This document shows, one piece after another, positions 1-9,449 of a stretch of 64,000 bases of DNA; positions within the stretch are counted from its first letter, which is position 1, and each line of letters opens with the position of its first letter. The notes under the pieces were generated by a model. That model worked only from the letters and a program-made list of their open reading frames with translations. It was not told the DNA's origin and made no database searches. Origin of the DNA: Candidatus Woesearchaeota archaeon (lineage in GTDB: Archaea; Nanobdellota; Nanobdellia; Woesearchaeales; WAPY01); NCBI GenBank assembly GCA_049700835.1, contig JBNAUL010000002.1, forward strand, positions 272,275-336,274, given 5' to 3'. A program made the translations under genes and the position numbers.

Positions 1-257
1 TCAATATCAGAATAAAAACCTACAATCTATTCTGCTATAGGAGTATAGACACCGCTGTTTAGTTTTTCATTAATATCATCTATTCTTTGCTCTAAATCAT
101 TGAGCATATTCCTAAACGAATTCTTTGAGTTCATAGCCACAAAAAAATCATAAAAGCAGATGTGTTTTATAAGCATTTTTGTAAAGGAAAATTTATATTT
201 GAATAGTAAGTTTTAAAAACAAAAATAGTAAACCAATAGAATAAAACAATTTTTTAA

Positions 258-331
258 GGACCTGTAGCCTAGTCTGGAAGGGCAACAGCCTTCTAAGCTG
301 TGGGTCGAGGGTTCAAATCCCTCCAGGTCCG
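258..331 (+). tRNA. tRNA-Arg(TCT)
   Basis: GGACCTG...CAGGTCCG acceptor stem, anticodon arm ACAGC-CT-TCT-AA-GCTGT, T-loop GGTTCAAATCC. Confidence 0.95.
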
Positions 332-578
332 TTAGGAACTGGAGACCAGGAATGACTGAAAGGAATGACGCTNNNNNNNNNNNNNNNNNNNNNNNNNNNN
401 NNNNNNNNNNNNNNNNNNNNNNNNNNNNNNNNNNNNNNNNNNNNNNNNNNNNNNNNNNNNNNNNNNNNNNNNCCTCCAGGTCCGTTAGGAACTGGAGACC
501 AGGAATGACTGAAAGGAATGACGCTGCCTCCAGGTCCGTAACAAGGTGAAGGAACTGAAAACTAAGAATGACTAAAAG
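320..578 (+). repeat. 54-bp tandem repeat starting with the tRNA-Arg 3' end, interrupted by an N gap
   Basis: CCTCCAGGTCCGTTAGGAACTGGAGACCAGGAATGACTGAAAGGAATGACGCT(G) at 320 and 473; diverged third unit at 527-578. Confidence 0.8.
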
Positions 579-696
579 ATTTGGTTTACTTTAAGTTCTA
601 AATTATCTATTTTTTTATCTACTACAAAATAACAATTGTGATAAGTATTTTTTACAATAAAAAAGGTTTTATATTTTCTAATCATTTTTTAAATTT

Positions 697-1122
697 GTGG
701 CAAGAATCAACTATGAAAGAAAAGAGATTTTATGTATAGAACAAAAATTTGAAGAACTTAGGAGATTCTATGAAAAGGTTTACCAAAATAATAAAGATGG
801 TCATTTTCATTTCAGCACTGCACAAGATTTAATTAAATTTAAAGAAAAGAATTCTGAGCAAAGAGATTTTGTTGAAAAAAACATTTATTTCTTAATAGGA
901 TTGGAAAGGTTAAAAGAAATTGCTGGTTTAGAAGAGAAAATAGTTTTCTTAGAAAAAGGAAACTTAAGAGAAATTGAGAAAAATGTTCAAGAAGAATACA
1001 ACTCAACCTATTATCCTGTTTGTTATATTTTGGACAAAAATAAAAAGAGATTAGTAGTAGCTAACTATGAAAAGAGTTTTCAGCAAGGAGGTCCTGAAAT
1101 AATTGTTCTTAATGAAGAATAG
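697..1122 (+). CDS. hypothetical protein (141 aa)
   Basis: GTG-start ORF with TTTATAT box about 25 bp upstream; no recognisable motif. Confidence 0.6.
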   Translation: MARINYERKEILCIEQKFEELRRFYEKVYQNNKDGHFHFSTAQDLIKFKEKNSEQRDFVEKNIYFLIGLERLKEIAGLEEKIVFLEKGNLREIEKNVQEEYNSTYYPVCYILDKNKKRLVVANYEKSFQQGGPEIIVLNEE

Positions 1123-1456
1123 TATTCATTAAATTTTAACGAATAATTAAATTAAGATATTAAGCATTTTATTTCTAAAGGAAAACGAGAATGTGGTTAA
1201 AATCATTTTTATTATCAATATTTGAGCATAGCCCATGTTAGTATTATGTTAGTGTAATTTTTACTTATATAAGATTAATAAGCTTTATTAAAACCAAAGA
1301 AAACAAAACAAAGTAATTTTGTTTTCTTTTTAACAACCGAACAATAAAACTAATGTTTTAATAACAATTTGTGGTTAAAAAATGTGGCATCAATAAGAAA
1401 TGCTGTAAAGCAAAGAAAATGTAGAAATTATGAAACCTGTGTTCTTATTTAATAGT

Positions 1457-3231
1457 CTATACTTTACAACAACACTTATTAGGAGGACAAGATTCGTATG
1501 TTCTGACATCAAAGCATAGATATTCATATTTACATGTAAGATTATTAAGCCAAGTATTGCAAATATCGCACTTTTTATCAAATATTATATCTAAAAGTAT
1601 ACTATTCTTAACTATTAAGGTTATTTTTCCTTCATCGCATAACTCATAACAAATAAAATCATTTCCTACATAACTGGTATTTTGTTTTAATGATTGGTTT
1701 ATTTGAAGATTAGTTTTATTAAAATATGCTGCAACCCAACTTNNNNNNNNNNNNNNNNNNNNNNNNNNNNNNNNNNNNNNNNNNNNNNNNNNNNNNNNNN
1801 NNNNNNNNNNNNNNNNNNNNNNNNNNNNNNNNNNNNNNNNNNAAAACTACTACCATTATAACTTAATATAATGGCATCTGCTAAACCTGGGCTGCCTCCA
1901 GGTAGCAAACTATTATAACAGTTACGCATCACTAATCCTGGGCTGTTATTATTTTTAAAATAATTTTCAATTTTAGAATCGCATTTTGAAAGATTTCCAT
2001 TGCACAAAACAGTAAAAACGCTTTTCAAGAAATCACATTTTTTAGTGTTGTTGGATAGATTTATAGGACTTTCTTTAAAACAAAATATATTCGTTACTTG
2101 TTGATCTTGGATTTTATAAGTGATTGTGTAATTTTTTGTTAATAAAATGCATTCAGAAGTGTCAAACTTGCAATTATTGCATTTCAAATTTCCTCCTATA
2201 AAATTATAGCCAAGATTATCTTTTAAATCATAGCAATTTTTTCCATCTAAGTTATCTTTTTCACATTCCTCTCCAGAATCATAATTTATAACTCCGTTTC
2301 CGCATGTATTTTCACAAACTCCATTGTTGCAAAAACCTGTGCAATTATTGCACTTTGATTTTGCTTCATGATTTTCAATATGACAAACACATATTTCATT
2401 ATCTTTGCAATAAGATTGTGAATCATTGTATTTTTCTTCACAATGCAGTTCAACGCACTTATTATTGTAACAAACTTGTGTTTCTAAGCAATCCTCATTT
2501 TTTAAGCATTCAACGCACTTATTCAAATTATAATTGCAAACTCCTCCTTTACAGTCATTATTGGAAGTGCATTCAACGCATCTTCCTGTGCTAAAATTGC
2601 AAACTAGTGGAGAGCAATCATCATTAAAATAACATTTTTTAATACAAACCCCTTTTTCAGAGCAAAACTCATCTTGCAAGCATTCATTATTTTCCTTGCA
2701 AAATCTTGTTTGCGGAGGAATTTCTTCTAAATAAACCTCCTTGCCCAAACCTACTAATAAAATTTCTGCCTCCTCCTTTGTTATTGGAAAACAATATATT
2801 CCTTCTCCGACAAAAACCTCTCCAACGTAAAAGCTTTCACGGTTTGGAAACAAAAAAAGGTTTTTATTAATTCCTTCTTTTATTATAGAGCAAACCAGGG
2901 CTTTTTCTTTTGAATATACATCAGAACTTGGGGCTAAACTGCAATACAACTGCTTAAGGTTTTCATCATCTAATAAGGACTTATCAACAAAACACATGTA
3001 CTTTGTGTTTTCAGGAACCTTCAATGTTATTTTCTCGCTGAAATCCATGTTTTCTGAAATTTCTGATATTCTTGATTTAAGATTAGTGTAAAACTCAGTT
3101 AGTTGAGCTTTTTCTCCTGATTTTTTTAGATTAGAAATCACTTTGTAACCCAAAATTATGGTAAATAACAAAATAGCAGCAATGAAGGCAATCAAGAAAA
3201 CCATTTGAATCTGCGCTTGTTTACTCTTCAT
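1457..3231 (-). CDS. class III signal peptide (pilin-like) cysteine-rich surface protein, spans N gap
   Basis: N-terminus MKSKQAQ plus hydrophobic helix; Cys-rich repeats (CxxxxDC, CGNG...EECE); after the gap a stop-free Cys-rich frame SWVAAYF...PPNKCCCKV ends at TAG 1457-1459. Confidence 0.75.
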
Positions 3232-3340
3232 AAAACAAACTAAATCAGTTAGGATATTTAAAGATTTCTAAAGCAAAAAACTTGGTTCTCAAATCAAAAA
3301 TAGAAAAATTTTTAAATGTTATAATTTTCTGAGTTTTGAC

Positions 3341-3973
3341 ATGCCAGCAATACTAACCTTTATCAGAAAATTGTTCTGGAATATTTTCAAGAAGAAAAGG
3401 CATCTTAAAATAGGAATTTATGGTCCTCCAAATGGCGGAAAAACAACTCTTGCGAACAGGATTTGCAGGGATTGGCTTGGAGAAGACATGGGAAAGGTTT
3501 CTAACATTGCTCACGAAACAAGAGAGATACAGATAAAAGAGGAAATACACATAAAATCAGGAAACAAGGAACTAAGTTTTAATTTGGTTGATACTCCTGG
3601 AATAGCAACAAAGATTGATTATGAGGATTTTATAAAAGCAGGAATGAACGAGGAAGAGGCAAAGAAAAGAGCAAAAGAAGCTACAAAAGGAGTTATTGAC
3701 GCAATAAAATGGCTTGATGAAATGGATGTTGTCATAGTTGTTCTTGATGCAACAAAAGACCCTTATACCCAGGTAAACCTTACTATTGTTGGAAACCTTG
3801 AAGCAAGGAAAATTCCTGTGCTTTTAGTTGGTAATAAGATTGATTTGAAAAAGGCAAACCTGAAAAAGCTTAAAGCTGCTTTCCCGCAGTATACCATTGT
3901 AGGGATTTCAGCCAAGTATGGAACGAACATTGAGGAGTTTTACAAGTCATTGTTTGAGGTTGCTGGAAAATGA
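3341..3973 (+). CDS. oapA: small Era-like GTPase OapA/ArvA
   Basis: GPPNGGKTT, DTPG, NKID, SAK motifs; followed by DUF2073-like and Zn-ribbon genes. Confidence 0.85.
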   Translation: MPAILTFIRKLFWNIFKKKRHLKIGIYGPPNGGKTTLANRICRDWLGEDMGKVSNIAHETREIQIKEEIHIKSGNKELSFNLVDTPGIATKIDYEDFIKAGMNEEEAKKRAKEATKGVIDAIKWLDEMDVVIVVLDATKDPYTQVNLTIVGNLEARKIPVLLVGNKIDLKKANLKKLKAAFPQYTIVGISAKYGTNIEEFYKSLFEVAGK

Positions 3974-4368
3974 TAACAATAGAGTTCATACCTTATTCAG
4001 AAATTGAAGGGCTAAGCTCAATAGGGAGAATTAGAAAACTGCTGAAAATAGCCAAAGAGAACAAGATAGTTCTACTTGAAGGAAGGTTGAGAAAGGAGGA
4101 GGAGGCAGAACTCATAAAGACAACTATGGAAGAAATTGACGATGAGTTCAAGGGCATAGAGCTTGGAGTTATTTATCCTGAGGAAGGACAGCTTAACTTC
4201 ATCAAAAAATTGAGATTAAACATTGTGAACATTGTCTTGGGTTACAGGGCTGGATTCACTGTAATAGGGCCTGCTTCTGTTGTAAAGGAAATAAAGAAAG
4301 ACCCAAAGAGGATTGAACTCTTCACTATCGACAAACAAAAGACAAGGAAGCTTAAAAAGAAAAAATAA
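3970..4368 (+). CDS. oapB: DUF2073 family protein OapB/ArvB
   Basis: IVLLEGRL..EEAELI..TM, FKGIE, GFTVIGPA; ATGA overlap with oapA. Confidence 0.8.
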   Translation: MITIEFIPYSEIEGLSSIGRIRKLLKIAKENKIVLLEGRLRKEEEAELIKTTMEEIDDEFKGIELGVIYPEEGQLNFIKKLRLNIVNIVLGYRAGFTVIGPASVVKEIKKDPKRIELFTIDKQKTRKLKKKK

Positions 4369-4447
4369 AAACATGATACAGAATAAGAATAAGTAAATGC
4401 TAAACAAATACTAAAGTAAATAGAGTTTAATAAAGAAAATTTTTCTC

Positions 4448-4846
4448 ATGCCACACCAATGCGTTCGTTGCGGAAAGATATATGATGATGGATCTCAAGA
4501 AATACTTACTGGGTGTTCTTGCGGAGGCAGATTGTTCTTTTACATAAAAAAGGAAAAATTAACCCAACTTAAAAAATCCATCTCAAAATTATCTCCGACT
4601 GAAAAACAGGAGATAGAAAGGGATGTTTTAGAGTTGATAGGAGCTCCTGAAGAGCAAGGGGAAGAGCCAATCGTGCTTGATTTTGAAAGCATAAGGGTTT
4701 TAAAACCAGGAAAATACGAGCTTGATTTGGTTCAAATATTCAAGAAAAAGCCCTTGATTTATAAGGTTGGAGATGGAAAGTACTACATTGATTTGGCAGC
4801 GAGTTTTGAATTGAGCAAGAGCAAAAGCAAGAAGGAAAAAAGATAA
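4448..4846 (+). CDS. oapC: Zn-ribbon protein OapC/ArvC (DUF2072)
   Basis: MPHQCVRCG...GCSCG, ESIRVLKPGKYELDL. Confidence 0.85.
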   Translation: MPHQCVRCGKIYDDGSQEILTGCSCGGRLFFYIKKEKLTQLKKSISKLSPTEKQEIERDVLELIGAPEEQGEEPIVLDFESIRVLKPGKYELDLVQIFKKKPLIYKVGDGKYYIDLAASFELSKSKSKKEKR

Positions 4847-5029
4847 GCAAAAAACAAGAANNNNNNNNNNNNNNNNNNNNNNNNNNNNNNNNNNNNNNNN
4901 NNNNNNNNNNNNNNNNNNNNNNNNNNNNNNNNNNNNNNNNNNNNNNNNNNNNNNNNNNNNAAAGATAAGCAAAAAACAAGAAGAAAAAATAAAGGAGCAA
5001 GAAAAATTTTATGATTTAAGTTTATATTT

Positions 5030-6280
5030 TTATTCCTTCACTAACTGCTGAACTCCTTTCTTTATCGCTCTTAAAAAAAATGCGAACTCTTTCATAAAGT
5101 CGCCATTGTCCCTTTTCTTTTTTTCAAAAATTGCTCTTTCATAAACTACAAGAAGTTTTTTAGCGCACTTCTCTATAGAGTATTTTTCTGCTGTCTTGAA
5201 AGCGTTTGACAAAATTTTTTGCCTCAATTCATTATCGTTAATCAATAGTTCTATCTTCCTGATAAAATCAGAATCGTTTTTTGCAACAAGACCATTGAAT
5301 CCGTCAATCATGAAATCAGAAGTTCCAAAATTCTTGAAACAAACAACAGGAGTTTCTGAAGCCATTGACTCCAAGATAGTTAATCCCTGTGCTTCTTGCT
5401 TTGAAGGCGTTGCAAAAACATCTGCTGCCTTGTAATAAGGAATGAGCGCTTTATAGTCCTTGGTTGCAGGATAAATCCTTATCCTGTTCTGCAAATCATT
5501 CTTTGCGATTTGGTCCTCAAGAAAATCCTTTTCAGGCCCATTTCCAACAATTACCAAAACAACATTGTCGAGCTCAATGCGCTTCATCAATTTTAAGAGC
5601 AATGGAAGATTTTTTTCTTTTGCCAATCTTCCTGCATAAAGCAGGATTCTTGTTTTTTTGAAGTCCGCCTTCTTAATCCTGAAATCTGCAATTATCTTGT
5701 TTCTAAGAACAGTTGAACTCTTCTTGTATTTTGCAAGATTAAACTCTTTCAAGTTTATTCCTGTTGGTATAATAACAACCGGCTTTGAAAGTTTCATTCT
5801 CAAAAAATGGTTGCGCATTCTTTTTGAAGGAACTATTATGTAATCAAAGAACTCCAAGAATGATTTTATGTATGTTCTTATCAGCTTCTTACTTAACTTT
5901 GGGAACAAGTTTAAATAGATATCATAGTCCTCATAATTTGAATGCGCTGTAAATATTAAAGGTTTCTTGTACAATCTTGCAACATATAGCGCTGTCAAAC
6001 CCGTATTCACTGGATGATTTGCATGAATGACATCAAGATTTTTGCAAATCCTAAGTTTTGGGCTCATCATCGGAAATGTCAATGAGAAATCAGTATTTAG
6101 AATTTTCAAGCCATTGAAGCGAATTATGTTCTTCTCTCTATCCTTATAATGACCATGCTTTGGAGCGAATACATATACTTTGTGTTTTTTTGACTCCAAT
6201 TCCTGCTTGAAAGCAATCAGCGAAGTAACAACTCCTGATTTTACAGGTCTGTATGTCTCTGTGAAAAATCCTATTCTCAT
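5030..6280 (-). CDS. GT4 family glycosyltransferase
   Basis: MRIGFFTETYRP..SGVVTS, GRLAKEKN, EAQGLTILESMA. Confidence 0.9.
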   Translation of the reverse strand: MRIGFFTETYRPVKSGVVTSLIAFKQELESKKHKVYVFAPKHGHYKDREKNIIRFNGLKILNTDFSLTFPMMSPKLRICKNLDVIHANHPVNTGLTALYVARLYKKPLIFTAHSNYEDYDIYLNLFPKLSKKLIRTYIKSFLEFFDYIIVPSKRMRNHFLRMKLSKPVVIIPTGINLKEFNLAKYKKSSTVLRNKIIADFRIKKADFKKTRILLYAGRLAKEKNLPLLLKLMKRIELDNVVLVIVGNGPEKDFLEDQIAKNDLQNRIRIYPATKDYKALIPYYKAADVFATPSKQEAQGLTILESMASETPVVCFKNFGTSDFMIDGFNGLVAKNDSDFIRKIELLINDNELRQKILSNAFKTAEKYSIEKCAKKLLVVYERAIFEKKKRDNGDFMKEFAFFLRAIKKGVQQLVKE

Positions 6281-6317
6281 AAAAATCAGGCCTTCCAAGA
6301 TTTTTTAAATTTTTTAA

Positions 6318-7658
6318 TCATTTCTTTGAATATTCCAAATCTGATTTTCTCACTATTTTTAAAATTTCCCCTTCTTCCAAGAAGTTTTTCTCAGGAGAAT
6401 TTATTATCTTTGAAAGCTTGTATATGTAATCCACAAAGTTTGGAATCATCAGGAGGTTGTAGAAGCTGTGTTTCAAAGCAAGCATACCTTTAAAGCCCGC
6501 ATCTCCTACAGCGCCGTAAAACTCTGTTCTTTTGAAAATGTTCCTAAAGGTGTTGTTCCACTCTTCAACGCTTAGAATATCAGGCCCTAATGCTGAGAAC
6601 CTTCCAATCCTTGCTGTTTGCGGAATGTCAAAACTAAGCAATTTTTTCAGATGAGCATGAGCCCTGTAAGTTGAGATGCTATCAGGCCATGGGATCCAAT
6701 AAGGAACCATTCTTGAAAGCTGAGCTGCTGTTGATGAATAAGCCCAAAAATTTTCTATCAAGAACCCATTCAGCCTTGGCTTGAATGCATTGTAAAACAA
6801 GAGAGAAGAGAAAAAGCTTAAATCCATGATGTGCTTTGATGTTATTCTGTAAAAACCAAATCCGTTGTTGTTGCAAAATTCTCTTATTGAATCCCCAAAA
6901 TCCTTTGAAGATCCCCATTCAGAATCATACATTAATCTTTTCTCTGAGCTCAAACGCCATACAACCTTGTCAACAATTGTTGATAATCTCTCAGAAACCC
7001 CTTGGTATTCCTCAAAACTTAATCCACCGTATCCTCCGAGCTGCAACCAAACATTGTCTGATATTCTATGCCATGGCCATGGCTGCTTGTTCTCAAAATA
7101 GATTATTACGCCGTCCTTTTTTAAGAGATCTCTAATTAGTTTTGAATAATAATTGTTAATTTCAAGGAATTTTGCCCTGAAAACAAGATAGTGCTTTAAT
7201 AGAGCCCTGTCGTGTATAGGGTCATAATGCAGTACTATGTCAATGCCATTGTTTTTCTTTTTTACAAGATTCCCTATTTTTTCGCAAACGCTCATGTAAT
7301 CATTTATTTTGTCAAGTTTCATAAACCTCAATGTTGCTCTTATGAATGTTGCATGAGTTGGCAGAAATACTGAGTTCAAGGTTGAGCTTATATCTGCTAT
7401 TGCTCCTGAACCAGGGCCTATGATTAAATAATCAAATTTCTTTTGCTTCAAAAAATTGATGTCAGAAAGCATCTTTTTAGAGAGTTTTTCAACATTCAAT
7501 CTTGAAATCCTTGAGTTTGAATAATACAAAAAATCGCTTGGAACAAAAGAACTTGCTATTCTTGGAATTGAGGATGCTTTGTCATTAAATTGGTTTGCAA
7601 GGCAGGATTCAAAGAAAAAGGACGAACTTTCAATAGGAATCTTTGGATACAAGACCAT
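6318..7658 (-). CDS. conserved hypothetical protein (446 aa)
   Basis: long ORF co-oriented with the GT4 gene; motif-like HYDPIHDR, QLGGYGG, DSEWG. Confidence 0.75.
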   Translation of the reverse strand: MVLYPKIPIESSSFFFESCLANQFNDKASSIPRIASSFVPSDFLYYSNSRISRLNVEKLSKKMLSDINFLKQKKFDYLIIGPGSGAIADISSTLNSVFLPTHATFIRATLRFMKLDKINDYMSVCEKIGNLVKKKNNGIDIVLHYDPIHDRALLKHYLVFRAKFLEINNYYSKLIRDLLKKDGVIIYFENKQPWPWHRISDNVWLQLGGYGGLSFEEYQGVSERLSTIVDKVVWRLSSEKRLMYDSEWGSSKDFGDSIREFCNNNGFGFYRITSKHIMDLSFFSSLLFYNAFKPRLNGFLIENFWAYSSTAAQLSRMVPYWIPWPDSISTYRAHAHLKKLLSFDIPQTARIGRFSALGPDILSVEEWNNTFRNIFKRTEFYGAVGDAGFKGMLALKHSFYNLLMIPNFVDYIYKLSKIINSPEKNFLEEGEILKIVRKSDLEYSKK

Positions 7659-7828
7659 TCTACACCTCTTTTTTATTTACTTTTTAACTACCTTGAACAA
7701 TTATGCTAATTTGTGATCAATTAATTATTGTTAATTGGTTAGTGGTTTTTGCATTCTTACATTTTTTATTTTTACATTTTTATATTATCAACTATTTTTA
7801 AAATTATCTGAAATGCATGCGAAATGCT

Positions 7829-9025
7829 CTATTTTTGAGCTATAATTTGTATTATGTCTCTGTGCTTCAAGACATGATCCTTTCCAATTATCATCTTTGT
7901 CCTAAGATCAACAGCCCTTATAAAATTATCTCCAAAGCTTGTATGCACCTTGTAAGCGAATTCAAGCGCAGTTGTTCCTTTGCTTACCAAAAAACAGTCA
8001 GGCAGAACATTCCCTTGGGAGTCCTCGAGCTTTGAATTCGCAACTGGAAAAACAGCAATCTGCTGCAGAACATTGAACACCATGTAATCAACAACCTGCT
8101 GCACTCCTGTGCTTCCAAACCTCTTCAAAACATTCTCCCTTATAAAATTAAGAGCAGAAGATTGTTTCTCGCTAAGTTTTTCAGGACTGATTATTTTAAA
8201 ATCAGAATCTCCTGGGATGTAATCTATCAATTTTTGGTTTGACGCTTCTCTCAAAGCAAGTTCTGACTCTGCAGAACATGGTATTATAACCAAATTTTGA
8301 AATTTCTGCTTTATCTTTTTTATGTTTTCTTCGGCGTTTTTGCAGTCCGCTTTGTTAGCAGCAATTACTATGGGCTTTGTTTTCCTTCTAAGCATTTTAG
8401 TAAATTCAAAAAGCTCAGAGTCGCTCCACTTTAGAATGTCCTTTTCAAGGTTCAAGGCCTCAATAACTGATTTTACATCATGCTCTGTTATTTTCAGGCC
8501 AGAGAACTGCTTTGCAATTTCCTTAAACGCTTCTTTTCTTTCAAGATGCACTTTCTTGCTGAAGCTCTCCCAAGAGCGCTTCAGTATTTGAAGATACCAC
8601 AAATCAATTTCTTCCTCTAAAAAGATAATATCATTTATAGAATCATAGCTTCCAAGAGCAACTGGTTCTCCATTCTCGTTTGTAGAGCCAGAAATATCAA
8701 CAACATGTATCAAAGCATCTGCCTGCCTCAAATCATCCAAGAATTGGTTTCCCATTCCCTTTCCTTTATGAGCACCTGGAACCAAGCCAGCAACATCGAG
8801 AACTTCAAAAGGAACAAACCTATAGTTCCCTAATATAAAACCCGATTTCGGATTTTCTGTTACATTAAATTCCTTTCCAACAGATTCAATCTTTGCATAG
8901 GCAATTCCATGATTTGGTTTCAGGGTTGTAAAAGGATAGTTTGCTATCTCAACATCTATTAGAGTTAAAGCTTTGAAGAAGGTTGATTTTCCAACATTTG
9001 CTTTGCCCACAATGCCCACAAGCAT
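7829..9025 (-). CDS. ychF: YchF/Obg-family ATPase with TGS domain
   Basis: GKANVGKST, YPFTT, DVAGLVPGAHKG.GMGNQFL, NKAD; start trimmed to MLVGIVG. Confidence 0.92.
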   Translation of the reverse strand: MLVGIVGKANVGKSTFFKALTLIDVEIANYPFTTLKPNHGIAYAKIESVGKEFNVTENPKSGFILGNYRFVPFEVLDVAGLVPGAHKGKGMGNQFLDDLRQADALIHVVDISGSTNENGEPVALGSYDSINDIIFLEEEIDLWYLQILKRSWESFSKKVHLERKEAFKEIAKQFSGLKITEHDVKSVIEALNLEKDILKWSDSELFEFTKMLRRKTKPIVIAANKADCKNAEENIKKIKQKFQNLVIIPCSAESELALREASNQKLIDYIPGDSDFKIISPEKLSEKQSSALNFIRENVLKRFGSTGVQQVVDYMVFNVLQQIAVFPVANSKLEDSQGNVLPDCFLVSKGTTALEFAYKVHTSFGDNFIRAVDLRTKMIIGKDHVLKHRDIIQIIAQK

Positions 9026-9237
9026 TATTAAAATTTTGTTTTGTAAGTATAAAAATGTTTCCAAATTTTCATTGGCAATTCTATTGGAATTAAAAAAGCA
9101 GGTTCTGCAAAAATAGAATTTAAGAATCAAGAGTTATGAGTATTTAAAAAAATAACAAAAAAATAAAAAATTTAGAATTCTTTGTTTTTCTTTGTTTTTG
9201 AGTTTTTCTGCGTTTTTAAAAGAGTTTTTATGCTGGA

Positions 9238-9366
9238 TTACCAGTCCTCGTCAGACTCGTCGCTGTCTCCGCTGTCTTCATCATCGTAATCCTCATCGTC
9301 TTCCCAATCCGTATCGTCATAATCTTCTTCGTCTTCATCCTTTAATTTTAATGTCCAATCTCTCAT
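9238..9366 (-). CDS. 42-aa highly acidic peptide
   Basis: MRDWTLKLKDEDEEDY...DEDW, 25/42 Asp+Glu, strong SD AGGAGGTG upstream. Confidence 0.7.
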   Translation of the reverse strand: MRDWTLKLKDEDEEDYDDTDWEDDEDYDDEDSGDSDESDEDW

Positions 9367-9373
9367 GGAGTCC

Positions 9374-9404
9374 ACCTCCTTGTGAGAACGCACAAGAAAG
9401 AGGT
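9374..9404. promoter_or_regulatory. inverted repeat overlapping the SD of the acidic peptide gene
   Basis: minus strand ACCTC-TTT-CTTGTG-N6-CACAAG-GAGGT, directly downstream of a TTTAAATA box. Confidence 0.5.
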
Positions 9405-9449
9405 CATATTTAAATATTTCGTTAAAAAAAAACAAAGCGAGTATCATAA

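Noticed and set aside
28..139. Short minus-strand ORF (MNSKNSF...PIAE)
   Set aside because: Only about 35 aa, no motif, at the window edge
352..549. 65-aa ORF across the first gap
   Set aside because: Translation of the tRNA-linked repeat and Ns; not a credible gene
320..578. CRISPR-like array
   Set aside because: Units are tandem with no unique spacers, and there are no cas genes
1390..1581. 63-aa minus-strand ORF
   Set aside because: Out-of-frame shadow of the Cys-rich C-terminus of the 1457-3231 gene
4838..4982. AAAGATAAGCAAAAAACAAGAA duplicated on both sides of the gap
   Set aside because: Typical scaffold overlap around an N run; cannot be trusted as a real repeat
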